Assembly: GCA_964016885.1 (NCBI GenBank)
Contig: OZ024754.1
Coordinates: 14,508,001 to 14,572,000, forward strand
Reading direction: 5' to 3'
DNA from: Eledone cirrhosa
Taxonomy: Eukaryota
DNA length: 64,000 nt
Shown here piece by piece: positions 41,362-56,004 of this stretch. Within the stretch, counting starts at the first letter, position 1. Each line of letters opens with the position of its first letter. A model generated the notes under the pieces. The model worked only from the letters and a program-made list of their open reading frames with translations, was not told the origin of the DNA and did not search any database. The position numbers and the translations under genes are program-made.

Positions 41362-44092
41362 TAATCCAAGCTGTAATGGATTCCTCCGAAGGGTCTTTGG
41401 AGTAAGGTTACTCGATAAAGTACGTAACTCGAAGATCAGAGAATCACTCCAGGTAGAGCCGCTACTTCTCTGAATTGTGGGATTACAGCTCCGATACTAT
41501 GGACATGTGGTTAGAATGTCTCAGGAAAGAATCTCTGGACAGATTTATAGCTCAGAGAGCAGAGAGTCACTCCAGGTGGAGCCACTACTTCTCTGAATTG
41601 AGGGATCACAGCTCCGATACTATGGACAAGTGGTTAGAATGTCTCAGGAAATAATCTCTGGACAGATTTATAGCTCAGAGAGCAGAGAGTCACTCCAGGT
41701 GGAGCCACTACTTCTCTGAATTGTGGGATCACAGCTCCGATACTATGGACAAGTGGTTAGAATGTCTCAGGAAATAATCTCTGGACAGATTTATAGCTCA
41801 GAGAGCAGAGAGTCACTCCAGGTGGAGCCACTACTTCTCTGAATTGAGGGATCACAGCTCCGATACTATGGACAAGTGGTTAGAATGTCTCAGGAAAGAA
41901 TCTCTGGACAGATTTATAGCTCAGAGAGCAGAGAGTCACTCCAGGTGGAGCCACTACTTCTCTGAATTGTGGGATCACAGCTCCGATACTATGGACAAGT
42001 GGTTAGAATGTCTCAGGAAAGAATCTCTGGACAGATTTATAGCTCAGAGAGCAGAGAGTCACTCCAGGTGGAGCCACTACTTCTCTGAATTGTGGGATCA
42101 CAGCTCCGATACTATGGACAAGTGGTTAGAATGTCTCGGGAAATAATCTCTGGACAGATTTATAGCTCAGAGAGCAGAGAGTCACTCCAGGTGGAGCCAC
42201 TACTTCTCTGAATTGAGGGATCACAGCTCCGATACTATGGACAAGTGGTTAGAATGTCTCAGGAAATAATCTCTGGACAGATTTATAGCTCAGAGAGCAG
42301 AGAGTCACTCCAGGTGGAGCCACTACTTCTCTGAATTGTGGGATCACAGCTCCGATACTATGGACAAGTGGTTAGAATGTCTCAGGAAATAATCTCTGGA
42401 CAGATTTATAGCTCAGAGAGCAGAGAGTCACTCCAGGTGGAGCCACTACTTCTCTGAATTGAGGGATCACAGCTCCGATACTATGGACAAGTGGTTAGAA
42501 TGTCTCAGGAAAGAATCTCTGGACAGATTTATAGCTCAGAGAGCAGAGAGTCACTCCAGGTGGAGCCACTACTTCTCTGAATTGTGGGATCACAGCTCCG
42601 ATACTATGGACAAGTGGTTAGAATGTCTCGGGAAATAATCTCTGGACAGATTTATAGCTCAGAGAGCAGAGAGTCACTCCAGGTGGAGCCACTACTTCTC
42701 TGAATTGAGGGATCACAGCTCCGATACTATGGACAAGTGGTTAGAATGTCTCAGGAAATAATCTCTGGACAGATTTATAGCTCAGAGAGCAGAGAGTCAC
42801 TCCAGGTGGAGCCACTACTTCTCTGAATTGTGGGATCACAGCTCCGATACTATGGACAAGTGGTTAGAATGTCTCAGGAAATAATCTCTGGACAGATTTA
42901 TAGCTCAGAGAGCAGAGAGTCACTCCAGGTGGAGCCACTACTTCTCTGAATTGTGGGATCACAGCTCCGATACTATGGACATGTGGTTAGAATGTCTCGG
43001 GAAATAATCTCTGGACAGATTTATAGCTCAGAGAGCAGAGAGTCACTCCAGGTGGAGCCACTACTTCTCTGAATTGAGGGATCACAGCTCCGATACTATG
43101 GACAAGTGGTTAGAATGTCTCAGGAAATAATCTCTGGACAGATTTATAGCTCAGAGAGCAGAGAGTCACTCCAGGTGGAGCCACTACTTCTCTGAATTGT
43201 GGGATCACAGCTCCGATACTATGGACAAGTGGTTAGAATGTCTCAGGAAATAATCTCTGGACAGATTTATAGCTCAGAGAGCAGAGAGTCACTCCAGGTG
43301 GAGCCACTACTTCTCTGAATTGAGGGATCAAAAGCTCCGATACTATGGACAAGTGGTTAGAATGTCTCAGGAAAGAATCTCTGGACAGATTTATAGCTCA
43401 GAGAGCAGAGAGTCACTCCAGGTGGAGCCACTACTTCTCTGAATTGTGGGATCACAGCTCCGATACTATGGACAAGTGGTTAGAATGTCTCGGGAAATAA
43501 TCTCTGGACAGATTTATAGCTCAGAGAGCAGAGAGTCACTCCAGGTGGAGCCACTACTTCTCTGAATTGAGGGATCACAGCTCCGATACTATGGACAAGT
43601 GGTTAGAATGTCTCAGGAAATAATCTCTGGACAGATTTATAGCTCAGAGAGCAGAGAGTCACTCCAGGTGGAGCCACTACTTCTCTGAATTGTGGGATCA
43701 CAGCTCCGATACTATGGACAAGTGGTTAGAATGTCTCAGGAAATAATCTCTGGACAGATTTATAGCTCAGAGAGCAGAGAGTCACTCCAGGTGGAGCCAC
43801 TACTTCTCTGAATTGAGGGATCACAGCTCCGATACTATGCACATGTGGTTAGAATGTCTCGGGAAAGAATTGTTAGACAGAATATACGGGCTAAACCAAC
43901 AGGTAGGAGACCAAGGGGGTAAACCTCGAGCAAGATGGTTGGATAACATCCATGAGCTTCGTTGGTCATGCTTGGAGATCCAACCGGATCAGTTGGAGAC
44001 GGTTGCTTCTGACAGGACCCGCTGGGGGGAGGTGTTTGAGGACTCTCCCCCCCCCCCCCCCCCCCCCCCCCCACGACCCACTCAGGAATAAG
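41362..44092 (+). mobile_element. RTE-clade (Rex3/Expander-like) LINE 3' fragment interrupted by an internal satellite
   Basis: FLRRVFGVRLLDKVRNSKIRESLQVEPLLL precedes the array; AKPTGRRPRG..KPRARWLDNIHEL..VASDRTRW follows it. Confidence 0.88.
41440..43870 (+). repeat. 123-bp tandem satellite, ~20 units
   Basis: CACTCCAGGT recurs every 123 bp; units differ at only a few positions. Confidence 0.97.
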
Positions 44093-44339
44093 TAGGAGAA
44101 GAAGAGGAAGAAGCTGTAATGCTATATCGTAATAATTTTACCATTATGTAAATGAGTTGTGATGTTATTATTTAGATTTACATTTTCATAAGTAGATTTT
44201 TTCCTATCGTTAAGTAGAGGTGTGAGGGGGGGTTAGAAGGGGGGGAATTGTGTAGAAGTAATTAGTGAAACATTGGTAGATGTCATTTGTAGGGGAAAGT
44301 AGGGGAATACTGGAATTATGGCGCCGATATGTATAGTGT

Positions 44340-44980
44340 AGGGGAGGGAGAGAAGTACTGGTGTGGTGGTGGGGTGGGGGTGTACTGATGGGGGGTGAAC
44401 TGGTGGTGGGGGGGGAAATAGTACTAGTGTGGTGGTCGTGGGGGAGTGGGAGGTGTACTGGTGTGGTGGTGGTGGGGGAGGGGGAGATGTACTGGTATGG
44501 TGGTGGTGGGGGAGGGGGAGATGTACTGGTGTGGTGGTGGTGGGGGAGTGGGAGTAGTACTAGTGTGGTGGTATTGGGGAAGTGGGAGGTGTACTGGTGT
44601 GGTGGTGGTGGGGGAGTGGGAGGTGTGGTGGTGTGGTTGTGGGTGGGGGGGGGTAGTACTGGTGTGGTGGTGGTGGTCGGAGAGTGGTGGGTACCGGTGT
44701 GGTGGTGGTGGGAGTGGGAGGTGTACTGGTGTGGTGGTGGGGGAGTGGGAGGTGTACTGATGTGGTGGTGGTGGAGTGAGTGGGAGGTGTATTGGTGTGG
44801 TGGTGGTGGAGGGAGTGGGAGGTGTATTGGTGTGGTGGAGTGGGAGGTGTAGGGGAGTGGGAGGTGTACTATTGCGGTGGTGGTGAAGGGAGAGGTAGGA
44901 GTACTGATGTGGTGTGGGGGTGGTGGAGAAGGGAGTGATGTGGTGTAGAGGTGAGTGGGAGGTGTAGTGGTGTGGTGCTG
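44340..44980. repeat. G-rich minisatellite (GGGAGTGGGAGGTGTACTGGTGTGGTGGTG-like)
   Basis: Directly visible. Confidence 0.85.
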
Positions 44981-45102
44981 AAGAAGGGTTCATTGTAAAT
45001 TATCCCTAATAGAATGAGAAAGGAGACCTAGATTGAGGGGGACGGCATTGTGGGGGAGGGTAAGGGGTAGACACTAGAAAATAGACTGTAATTAAAGTAA
45101 TT

Positions 45103-45240
<138 letters not shown>

Positions 45241-45250
45241 GTAAGTGTGC

Positions 45251-45293
<43 letters not shown>

Positions 45294-45552
45294 CATATAC
45301 ATGTGTGTGTATGTAAGTGTGCATGTATATATATATATACATATACAATATATATATACATATACATGTGTGTGTATGTAAGTGTGCATGTATATATATA
45401 TGGGGTCTGCATGTGTGTAATAGTAAAATTCTATTTACTGAGTTACTGTTATTTGTTGCTGTTATTCTCATATGAACACAATCAAGTAGACGTCTTGATC
45501 ACGTGACATCAGAATATCATGACGTCTGATGGATCAACCCAACACATACATA

Positions 45553-46200
45553 CATGATGGCTGCAAACTCGTGTTCAAGCATCGCCATCGCCTGATAAAA
45601 TGCTCGAAAATGTGAGGCACGAATGTGGCTCATTAGTCCAGCCAAAGACTTGCACCCTCTGGCACATATATGGCAACTGTAGGCTCCTCCGGGGCTTTCC
45701 ATTGCTTTCTTCTGGCCGTGTGTTCTCATGTGTCTTTTGAGACCTCCCATGTTAGCACATTCTCTACACCTTTTCAGATCATAATCTACATGAGGTCTAC
45801 TGGTATTACTTTGTTCGTGTCTAATCAAACCAGCTTTGCTCAGGCAGACTCGACCATGTGTCCGCTGGCACATACCTGTATCGCGGATGGGGCAGTTAGT
45901 CAGCAAGCATTGATTGTTGTTGTCTCTGGATTGCTTTTTAGACAGGTATCCACGCAGTGAAGGGCCGGAGTGTACTAATTGTATGTCCAGTCCTTCTCTG
46001 CGGATAGTTCTGCGGATAGCTGTGGTTTTGCTTTCGCTGAAATGTGGTCATTTCGTGAAACAGGTGTTAGAGGAGGTCTTATGCCTGCAGTGCCTTCGAT
46101 TCTTAAGTTGATTCATTGTGGATGTTGGGGATCCGTTCATCTTCAGTACATCTGTGAAGTGTGCAGTGTGAGTGATCTGGTCCTCTGTCTTACTACATTT
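45553..46200 (-). mobile_element. Decayed RTE-like LINE 3' end with C-terminal C2H2-type zinc motifs
   Basis: ORF 45517-45906 has CLSKAGLIRH, GGLKRHMRTH and YSCHICARGCKSLAGLMSHIR; the tail runs into a microsatellite. Confidence 0.7.
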
Positions 46201-46229
46201 ATTCCAGATTTCTATGTGAATGTCATATA

Positions 46230-46540
46230 ATTGTTTCTACTTTTAGGCACAAGGCCAGCAAATACCCAGTGCATTACTGGTACTTTATTTTATCGACCCC
46301 GTAAGGATGAAAGGCAAAGTTAACCTCGGCGGGATTTGAACTCAGATCATAAAGGGACGTAACTCTATGCTTCAAAGCATGGTGTCCGACTCTCTACCGA
46401 TACTGCCAAAATGAATGTCATATAATATAATTGTTTCTAATTTAGGCACCAGGCCAGCAATTACCCAGTGCATTACTGGTACTTTATTTTATCGACCCCG
46501 TAAGGATGAAAGGCAAAGTCAACCTCGGCGGGATTTGAAT
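46230..46540 (-). mobile_element. Two tandem SINE family 1 copies at one target site
   Basis: TGAATGTCATATAAT at 46217, 46412 and 46536. Confidence 0.9.
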
Positions 46541-46894
46541 GTCATATAATATAATGATATACGGTATGTTTACGAAATTGCCCGATTTCCTTATGCACAT
46601 TCAATTTGAAATCGGACATTTAATACTTAATGACATTACATACGTGTGTGCGCGCGCGCGTGTGTGTAAGGTTTTCTAAACAAAATATAGCACTCAATAC
46701 AAATTATGTTGTTAAATACATTTGAAAAAGTAATGTTAAAAATTTTGATTACGTCTAAGTTACTCCGAGTTTCACGTCATGATTGACTAACTATGTCTGA
46801 TTACTCAAATCGGGTGGCTGTTTTTACATGTATACACATAAACACACACATACACACACACACATATATATATATACATATATGTGTATATATA

Positions 46895-46925
<31 letters not shown>

Positions 46926-47015
46926 GAAAAAGTGAGTCCTTCATCAGTGACCCTCCAACCGTCCTGGGCATTTCATCGCTTTAAGGGCCATATATATATA
47001 TATATATATATATAT

Positions 47016-47932
47016 CACGATAAATTAACGGAGCCATATACTCTCGTTATTCCCTGTCAATATTGTGCTCAAAGGAAAAGGAATCCTGAGCTCTTTAAAA
47101 TACAATATGTAGAAAGGGTAACACACTAGAGAGAGAGAGATAGTGCGCCATTAATAAAACAGGGAAAAACCACCAGTGTATGGAATCTATAGCCTATGAA
47201 AGGCAGGGTAGACACACAATAATTAAAAATATAAATTAAAATGTATATACGGACCTCTATAACTATATAACACACGCGTACAAATCCAAAGAGATCTGTT
47301 TCGCCAGGAAGTTGCTGACTGAAATGGAATAGCCTATGGTTCATCAGTGCGTGGTTCCCTGTTTTATTGATGGCACACTATCTGTCTCTAGTGTGTTACC
47401 CTTTCTACATATTGTACTTTAAAGAGCTCAGGATTCCTTTTCCGTTGAGCACATTATTGACAGGGAATAACGAGAGTCTATGGCTCCGTTAATTTATCGT
47501 GATATTTCGCTCCTTATAACAGTCTCCCCCCTCTCTCTGTTTGGTTGAGCACACTTCTGAGTGGTTTTGGGGCTGCCCTTTCTAGCAGCTCGTCCCTCAG
47601 ATACCACTGGTTCACTGCCCTAAACATGCTGTGACATCTCTCTCCCGCTTTAGATTCTCTTAGAGTTGTCTGAAATGTATAGCCTTGCACGCACTGATGA
47701 ACCATAGGCTATTCCATTTCAGTCAGCAACTTCCTGGCGAAACAGATCTCTTTGGATTTGTACGCGTGTGTTATATAGTTATAGAGGTGCGTATATACAT
47801 TTTAATTTATATTTTTAATTATTGTGTGTCTACCCTGCCTTTCATAGGTTATATATTCCATACACTGGTGGTTTTTCCCTGTTTTATAGATGGCGCACTA
47901 TCTCTCTCTAGTGTGTTATCTTTTCAACATAT
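47016..47932. mobile_element. PLE-like pLTR array (one inverted and two direct partial copies) between (TA)n tracts
   Basis: 47016-47352 is the reverse complement of 47689-47930 and 47353-47504; degenerate HHR CTGATGA...GAAACAGATCT at 47694-47749. Confidence 0.75.
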
Positions 47933-47977
<45 letters not shown>

Positions 47978-48061
47978 CACACACATATATGTCTTTAGTA
48001 ACCACACAGTTCCTTTCCTTTCGTATTATTATACATATATATATGTATGTGTGTGTGTGTA

Positions 48062-48142
<81 letters not shown>

Positions 48143-48159
48143 TGTGTTTGTGTGTATTT

Positions 48160-48359
48160 NNNNNNNNNNNNNNNNNNNNNNNNNNNNNNNNNNNNNNNNN
48201 NNNNNNNNNNNNNNNNNNNNNNNNNNNNNNNNNNNNNNNNNNNNNNNNNNNNNNNNNNNNNNNNNNNNNNNNNNNNNNNNNNNNNNNNNNNNNNNNNNNN
48301 NNNNNNNNNNNNNNNNNNNNNNNNNNNNNNNNNNNNNNNNNNNNNNNNNNNNNNNNNNN
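48160..48359. other. Assembly gap (200 N)
   Basis: Run of N. Confidence 1.
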
Positions 48360-48363
48360 ATAC

Positions 48364-48442
<79 letters not shown>

Positions 48443-48657
48443 AGTGTGTTTGTGTGTATTTGCATGTAACGTGCATGTATTTGTATTTTGCCCATAATCA
48501 ATACATGTGAGATCCGTGTTAATACGGAAGGCCATTGTGTTTTGAGCAGACATCGTTGAACAGTTTTCAATGATCATAATGAAGTGTTGGCTTTAAACAC
48601 GAACCACAACGTTTCTTCCAACATAAAATGGCGACAGTGACAATGGCTGTGATAATA

Positions 48658-48808
48658 ATTGTGTCTACGTTTGGCACAAGGCCAACAATCTTTTATGAGG
48701 AAGGGAAAGACTAAGAATAATCGTCCCCCAGTGCATTACTGCTACTTTATTTTATCGACCCTCTAACGATGAAAAGCAAAGCTGACTTCAGCGGGATTTG
48801 ATGATGAT

Positions 48809-48849
<41 letters not shown>

Positions 48850-49692
48850 TGGTGACGATGATGGTGATGATGATGGTGATGGTGATGATGTTGATGATGA
48901 TGACGATGGTGGTGATGATGATGGTGATGATGGTGATGATGTTGATGATGATGACGATGGTGGTGATGATGATGGTGATGATGGTGATGGTGATGGTGGT
49001 GATGATGGTGATGATGATGGTGATGATGTTGATGATGATGTTGATGATGATGACGATGGTGATGATGACGATGGTGGTGATGATGATGGTGATGATGATG
49101 GTGATGATGATGGTGATTATAATGATGATGGTGCTGATTATGACGATGGTGGTGATGATGATGGTGATGATGATGATGGTGGTGATGATTATGATGATGG
49201 TGATGATGATGATGATGATGATACCCTCGTCCTCAACAGCGTTGATAACAAAAAGGCCAGCAATTTTGGGAGAAGGAAAGGAAAAGTCGATTAAATAGAC
49301 CCGAGTGTGTTACTGGTACTTTATTTTATCGAAGGATGAAAGATAAAACTACGTAACTTCGGCGGGATTAGAACTCAGAACGTAGAGGGATGTAACTCTA
49401 TACCGCAAATCATGTTTGATTTAATTGAATTTCCCCTCCCCTTCAAATTGTTGGCCTTGTGCCTAAATCAGAAACCATTATTATTATTGGCAGTATCGGT
49501 AGAGGGTCGGACGCCATGCTTTGCAGCATAGAGTTACGCCCCTTTATGATCTGAGTTCAAATCCCGCCTAGGTTAACTTTGCCTTTCATCCTTACGGGGT
49601 CGATAAAATAAAGTACCAGTCACGCACTGGGGTCGATTTAATCGACTTTCCCCTCCCCCAAAATTGCTGGCCTTCTGCCCATATAAGAAATC
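48658..49692. mobile_element. Cluster of SINE family 1 copies around a (GAT)n array (48799-49222)
   Basis: Minus copies at 48658-48800 and 49252-49410; plus copies at 49430-49480 and 49487-49692. Confidence 0.85.
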
Positions 49693-50062
49693 ATTATTAT
49701 TATCATTGTTATTATTAGTATTAGTAGTAGTAGTAGTAGTGGTGGTGGTGGTGGTAGTAGTAGCAGTTGTTCTACTTGTGTTTTGCTTTGCTGAATTTAG
49801 GATCAGAATTAGACCTTGAAGGATATTTGGCAAGTTTTTAGGCCTTTCAAGAAGTCAAAATACCTCTAAGAGTACCGGAAAAACCGCCTAAGGTTTCACG
49901 ATTGCACTCAAGAGAGGGGAGGGGGTGAAAGAGAAAGAGAAGGTAAGAGAAAGGGGGGAGAGAGTCACCTTGTCGAGTCGTGTGTAAAGTGATAGCGGGA
50001 GACTGCAGATTCACCTTCGCCCGTGGCTCACTCCCTTCCCAGCCGTCAGGTACCCCCCCACA

Positions 50063-50105
<43 letters not shown>

Positions 50106-50294
50106 TCCCCCCCCCCCCACAGTCACACACAAACACCCCCACACCACATGTCTTGTACTATAATTACAGTGTTCATTTCAAGCGATCTATCACCCACTAT
50201 TATCATCAACACTTCTATCAACAAATCCTTTACGGTATCACATGGCTTTATAGTTTACATACAGCCACCATATTCAACCTATATTTTCCATTAC

Positions 50295-50333
50295 CCATTC
50301 TACGAGGCAGACTCTGAAGATGTGATGCTAGAG
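50295..50333 (-). CDS. Candidate 39-nt symmetric (phase 1-1) exon
   Basis: GATTTCACAG|ct CTA GCA TCA CAT CTT CAG AGT CTG CCT CGT AGA ATG g|GTAATG = LASHLQSLPRRM. Confidence 0.4.
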
Positions 50334-50747
50334 CTGTGAAATCTTGCATGCATTAATTTCAACTCTTCTTATTAATAACGACATTGTTTCTTTCTAGAAT
50401 TTATGTTGGAAAATACACCTTATTTGCTCATTCCATGAGAGTATCTTGGTCAGCCGATGAAGGTTTGATGCTAGAGCTGTGAAATCCTGTATGTATTAAT
50501 TTCAACTTTTCTTATTAACAACTACATTGTTTCTTTCCAGGTATTATGTTGGAAAATAAACCTCATTTGGTCATTCCATGAGAGTATCTTGGTCAGCCGA
50601 TGAAGGTTTGATGCTAGAGATGTGAAATCCTGTATGTATTAATTTCAACTTTTCTTATGAACAAACTGCATTGTTTCTTTCCAGGTATTATGTTGGAAAA
50701 TAAACCTCATTTGGTCATTCCATGAGAGTATCTTGGTCAGCCTATGA
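50324..50747. repeat. 143-bp tandem repeat, three copies
   Basis: GATGCTAGAG at 50324, 50467 and 50610. Confidence 0.92.
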
Positions 50748-51274
50748 ATTTTTCAACCGACTTTCGTACACCGATTTTTCAATACCTTTCTCACACAAAC
50801 TCGTCTTCTAATAAAGTATTGTTTGTCATAATTTCACTTCGACTTTAAGTCTCATAACTTCCAACAATCTGTAATGACATAAAAGTAAACTATCTCAAAA
50901 TGGGTTTGTTAATTAAAATGTTTATAGTATCTTGATTAGTGATCAGATTGTAGTGTGTACATTTGCAGTATTTCAGTATAAAGTCTCTCGTTTTTATGGA
51001 GATGTAGTCAGTGATATACTTTTGCTAGATGTGGGCTTTACTGTTAGATAAAAGGAGAGATTGATTAATAATTAGGTAAATAAGTATGTACGGAATATTC
51101 TTCTTCTTCTTCTTCTTCTTCTTCTTCTTCTTCTTCTTCTTCTTCTTCTTCTTCTTCTTCTTCTTCTTCTTCTTCTTCTTCTTCTTCTTCTTCTTCTTCT
51201 TGCCCCTCCAAACTGGTGAAGGATGGGCTATGAATGTATGTCTCTCTCCCCCTGCCTCTCTTTCTTTCTTTCTT

Positions 51275-51429
<155 letters not shown>

Positions 51430-51617
51430 ATGAAGTAATTCCGTCGGAAAAGTCCAGGAAAAAAAAGTGCTCTATGTAGGTAACAGAGCTTAATATTTAT
51501 GTAATAAACAACATAAGGCAATTATTCATTTACCAGTGGTTTCTTAAAAGCAAAAGATTTTGCTTTTAAGAAACCACTGGTAAATGGAATAATTGCCTTA
51601 TGTTGTTTATTACATAA

Positions 51618-51621
<4 letters not shown>
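51430..51621. repeat. Fold-back element (hairpin centred at ~51556); inverted twin at 53345-53537
   Basis: Arms of ~60 bp around GCAAAA-GA-TTTTGC. Confidence 0.85.
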
Positions 51622-51700
<79 letters not shown>

Positions 51701-51939
51701 AGTGTGTGTGTTTGTGTGTCTGTGTGTCTGTGTGTGTCTTCAATAATTTTGTTCTATACTCCCCTACGGTCGAGTAAAATATTAGGCTGAAACAGACTGC
51801 TGTTTCTAGTGATTCTGTTAATTGCCAATGGTCCATCTTTTGCTACCCTTCTTGCTGACAATAAATCACGTGATATTTTTCCCATTCACAAATACCATTG
51901 GGAGCGATCACTTGGAAGACATTTTTCCTGGATTGAGAA

Positions 51940-52032
51940 GTTTCCCGAAGAGCTGTGATCTCATAGCTATGGATATCCTAATTTATTAGAATATCCAAGC
52001 TGCAACTTACACAGTGAAACTGCAGTTAGGAC
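51940..52032 (+). ncRNA. Hammerhead-like fold with CCGAAGA core variant
   Basis: CCGAAGA-GCTGTG[long hairpin]CACAGT-GAAA-CTGCAG-TT-AGGAC: palindromic stem III ACTGCAGT, weak stem I. Confidence 0.6.
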
Positions 52033-52085
52033 ATTGAAGTAAATTGAATAACTTTTAATCTTGCTTGCTTTTCCTACTTATGGAT

Positions 52086-52202
<117 letters not shown>

Positions 52203-52236
52203 CACAAGAATCAAAGCTATGTTCAAAGCATTTATT

Positions 52237-52283
52237 CACTTACAATTGTTTCATCCAAACATAGGGTTGGTGTCTTCGGAGCA
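52237..52283 (-). ncRNA. Hammerhead-like fold with CCGAAGA core variant
   Basis: Minus strand reads TGCT-CCGAAGA-CA CCAA ccctatgt TTGG AT-GAAA-CAATTG-TA-AGTG; GUA triplet. Confidence 0.65.
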
Positions 52284-52339
52284 TTTTTCAATGTTTGTAC
52301 ATATATATATATATGTTTGTACATATATATATATATGTT

Positions 52340-52387
<48 letters not shown>

Positions 52388-52495
52388 GAATAGCTTTCAC
52401 CGTATTTTTTGACTAAAGAAATCTTTTAGTCTGATAATGGGGGTTTAGAACCCTCAGATAAATGGAAAAAGATGAGTATTGATATATATATATAT

Positions 52496-53537
<1,042 letters not shown>

Positions 53538-53574
53538 CACACATATATATATATATATATATACACATTTACAT

Positions 53575-53651
<77 letters not shown>

Positions 53652-53998
53652 CTATTGTATGTAATAGGTGTTAAAGGAAGAGTAGGATGAAAGAGAAGAC
53701 ACATGAGAAGAAATCAATATATTTATTGGCAGTGTTCAATTTTGAACGACTGCTGTCATGGCAGACGTTCCATGAAGACAAAACAGCGGCGACTAAGTCA
53801 ACAGCCAACAGATATTATCTGGGATTTAACTTATACAAACTATCTTCTGCTTCTTTATTTTTGTTTATTTAGTGAGGAAAAAAGCCTCAATCTGTTAATG
53901 TACCATTTTTATTGTAGATATTTATTTTCACTGCAACCAAAGATTACACCTACTGTAGAGAAAATAACAACATTTGAAACAGAAATATACATAAATGG

Positions 53999-54052
<54 letters not shown>

Positions 54053-54071
54053 TCTCTCTCTCTCTCTCCCC

Positions 54072-54135
<64 letters not shown>

Positions 54136-54262
54136 ATATAGATATATTTTTTAAGCTTGTTGAATCCCAACAAATTAAATATAACCCCTGCATATATATA
54201 TATATATATAGTATACACATATATATACATATATATATATTTATATATATATGTATATATCC

Positions 54263-54305
<43 letters not shown>

Positions 54306-54445
54306 CACGTACACACACACACACATATATATATATATGTATACACACACATATACACAATATATATATATATATTTATATATCCCTCACTTTCTCTCTC
54401 ACATTCACACACATACATACATACATACATACATACATACATACA

Positions 54446-54481
<36 letters not shown>

Positions 54482-54993
54482 CACGCATATACACACGCAC
54501 ATCACACGTACGCACAGACGCACACACATGTACATACTCACACGCGTGCGCACAAACAGCCACACATACACACAGGCGGGCACAGTGACATACAGGGGCA
54601 CTCACTCGGAGTCACTCATATTCTAAGATAACTGGGTATCAGAATAAACCGTGTATTTACTAAGGGTTTAATGTAGAGGCGAGTAAATATAGCTTCCCTG
54701 TTGGTTCTGTTACACTTGAACCAGCAGAACTTCCAGGATATAAACATTGGAATAACAGACACACAGAGGGAAAGAGGGGGGGGGGGGTAGTGTGAGAGCG
54801 AGATAGTAGATTGAGAGAGAGGGGGGGAGAGAACGAGATAGGAGATGGAGAGAGAGAGAGTGAGAGAGGGTGTGTGTGAGCGATACAGGAGATGGAGAGA
54901 GAGGGGGGGGATAAAGAGATAGATAGAGTAGAGATGGAGAAAGAGAGAGAGAGAGGGGAGTGTGAGAGCGAGATAGGAGATGGAGATGGAGAT

Positions 54994-55051
<58 letters not shown>

Positions 55052-55449
55052 AAGAGATAGATAGAGTAGAGATGGAGAAAGAGAGAGAGAGAGGGAGGGG
55101 GGGGGGTGAGAGCGAGACAGGAGATGGAGATGGAAAGAGAGAGAGAGAGAAATAGAGAGAGAATGAGAGAGCGTGAGAGAATAAAGAGATAGATAGAGTA
55201 AAGATTGTAAAAGAGATAGGGAGAAAGAGAGAGGGTAAAGAGAGAGGAAGTAGTCATTTTTTTCATCGGCCCCAAAGGATGAAAGGCAAAGTTAACCTCA
55301 GCGGGATTTGAACTCAGATCGAAAAGAACCGATCAGATATTAAAAGGTATTCTATGAAACACTTTATCGATTTTATCAATGGAATGCCTTTATATGGAGA
55401 TATGATATAAATAAATATAAACACGCACACACATATACGTTATATATAT

Positions 55450-55987
55450 CAGGGGCGGTGGAAGCAATTCTGAATTGGGGGGGGGGGGGGGGCAGGGCAA
55501 ATTTGGATAATTTAGTTCTAGTGATTATCAATTAACCCCAAATTCTCCCCCTCTCTATATCTACTACACGGAACTCTCTTCCAATCCCCCTCTCTATCTA
55601 TATCAATTAACCCCAAACTCTCCCCTTCTCTATATCGACTACATGGAACTCTCTTCCAATCCCCTGTATATTAATTAACCCTAAACTCTCCCCCTCTATT
55701 TATCTACTACACGGAACTCTCTTCAAATTCCTCTCTCTATATCAATAAACTTCAACTTCTCCCCCTCTCTATATCTAATATACAACACACTCTCCCAACC
55801 TTCCTCTCTATATTAATTAACACCAAACTCTCTCTCCCTCTCTTTATCTATATCTATCTCTCCCATCTATCTCTATATAACATTTACATAAATTGTAGCG
55901 CATATACAAAGAGTTGTAGGTTTTGTTAGTTTGGGGAGAAAATGTAAATACTAGGGTTGTGCCCCCTCTCCAGTTCCGCCGCCCCTG
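55450..55987. mobile_element. Non-autonomous TIR DNA transposon (hAT-like termini) with internal ~70-bp subrepeats
   Basis: TIR CAGGGGCGGTGGAA / TTCCGCCGCCCCTG; no clean TSD seen. Confidence 0.7.
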
Positions 55988-56004
55988 CATGCATACATAC
56001 ATAT

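Noticed and set aside
41440-43870. CRISPR-like array or multimeric retrozyme
   Set aside because: No unique spacers and no hammerhead core in the unit; the unit is RTE ORF2-derived.
44340-44980. Telomeric or functional G-quadruplex array
   Set aside because: No TTAGGG-type repeat; G4 potential is generic for such minisatellites.
45517-45906. Host C2H2 zinc-finger gene
   Set aside because: No TGEKP linkers, degenerate fingers and a LINE-type tail into a microsatellite; better explained as an RTE C-terminus.
50313-50345. CTGAAGA...GAAATC as a hammerhead
   Set aside because: No stem I or stem III pairing; overlaps a candidate exon on the opposite strand.
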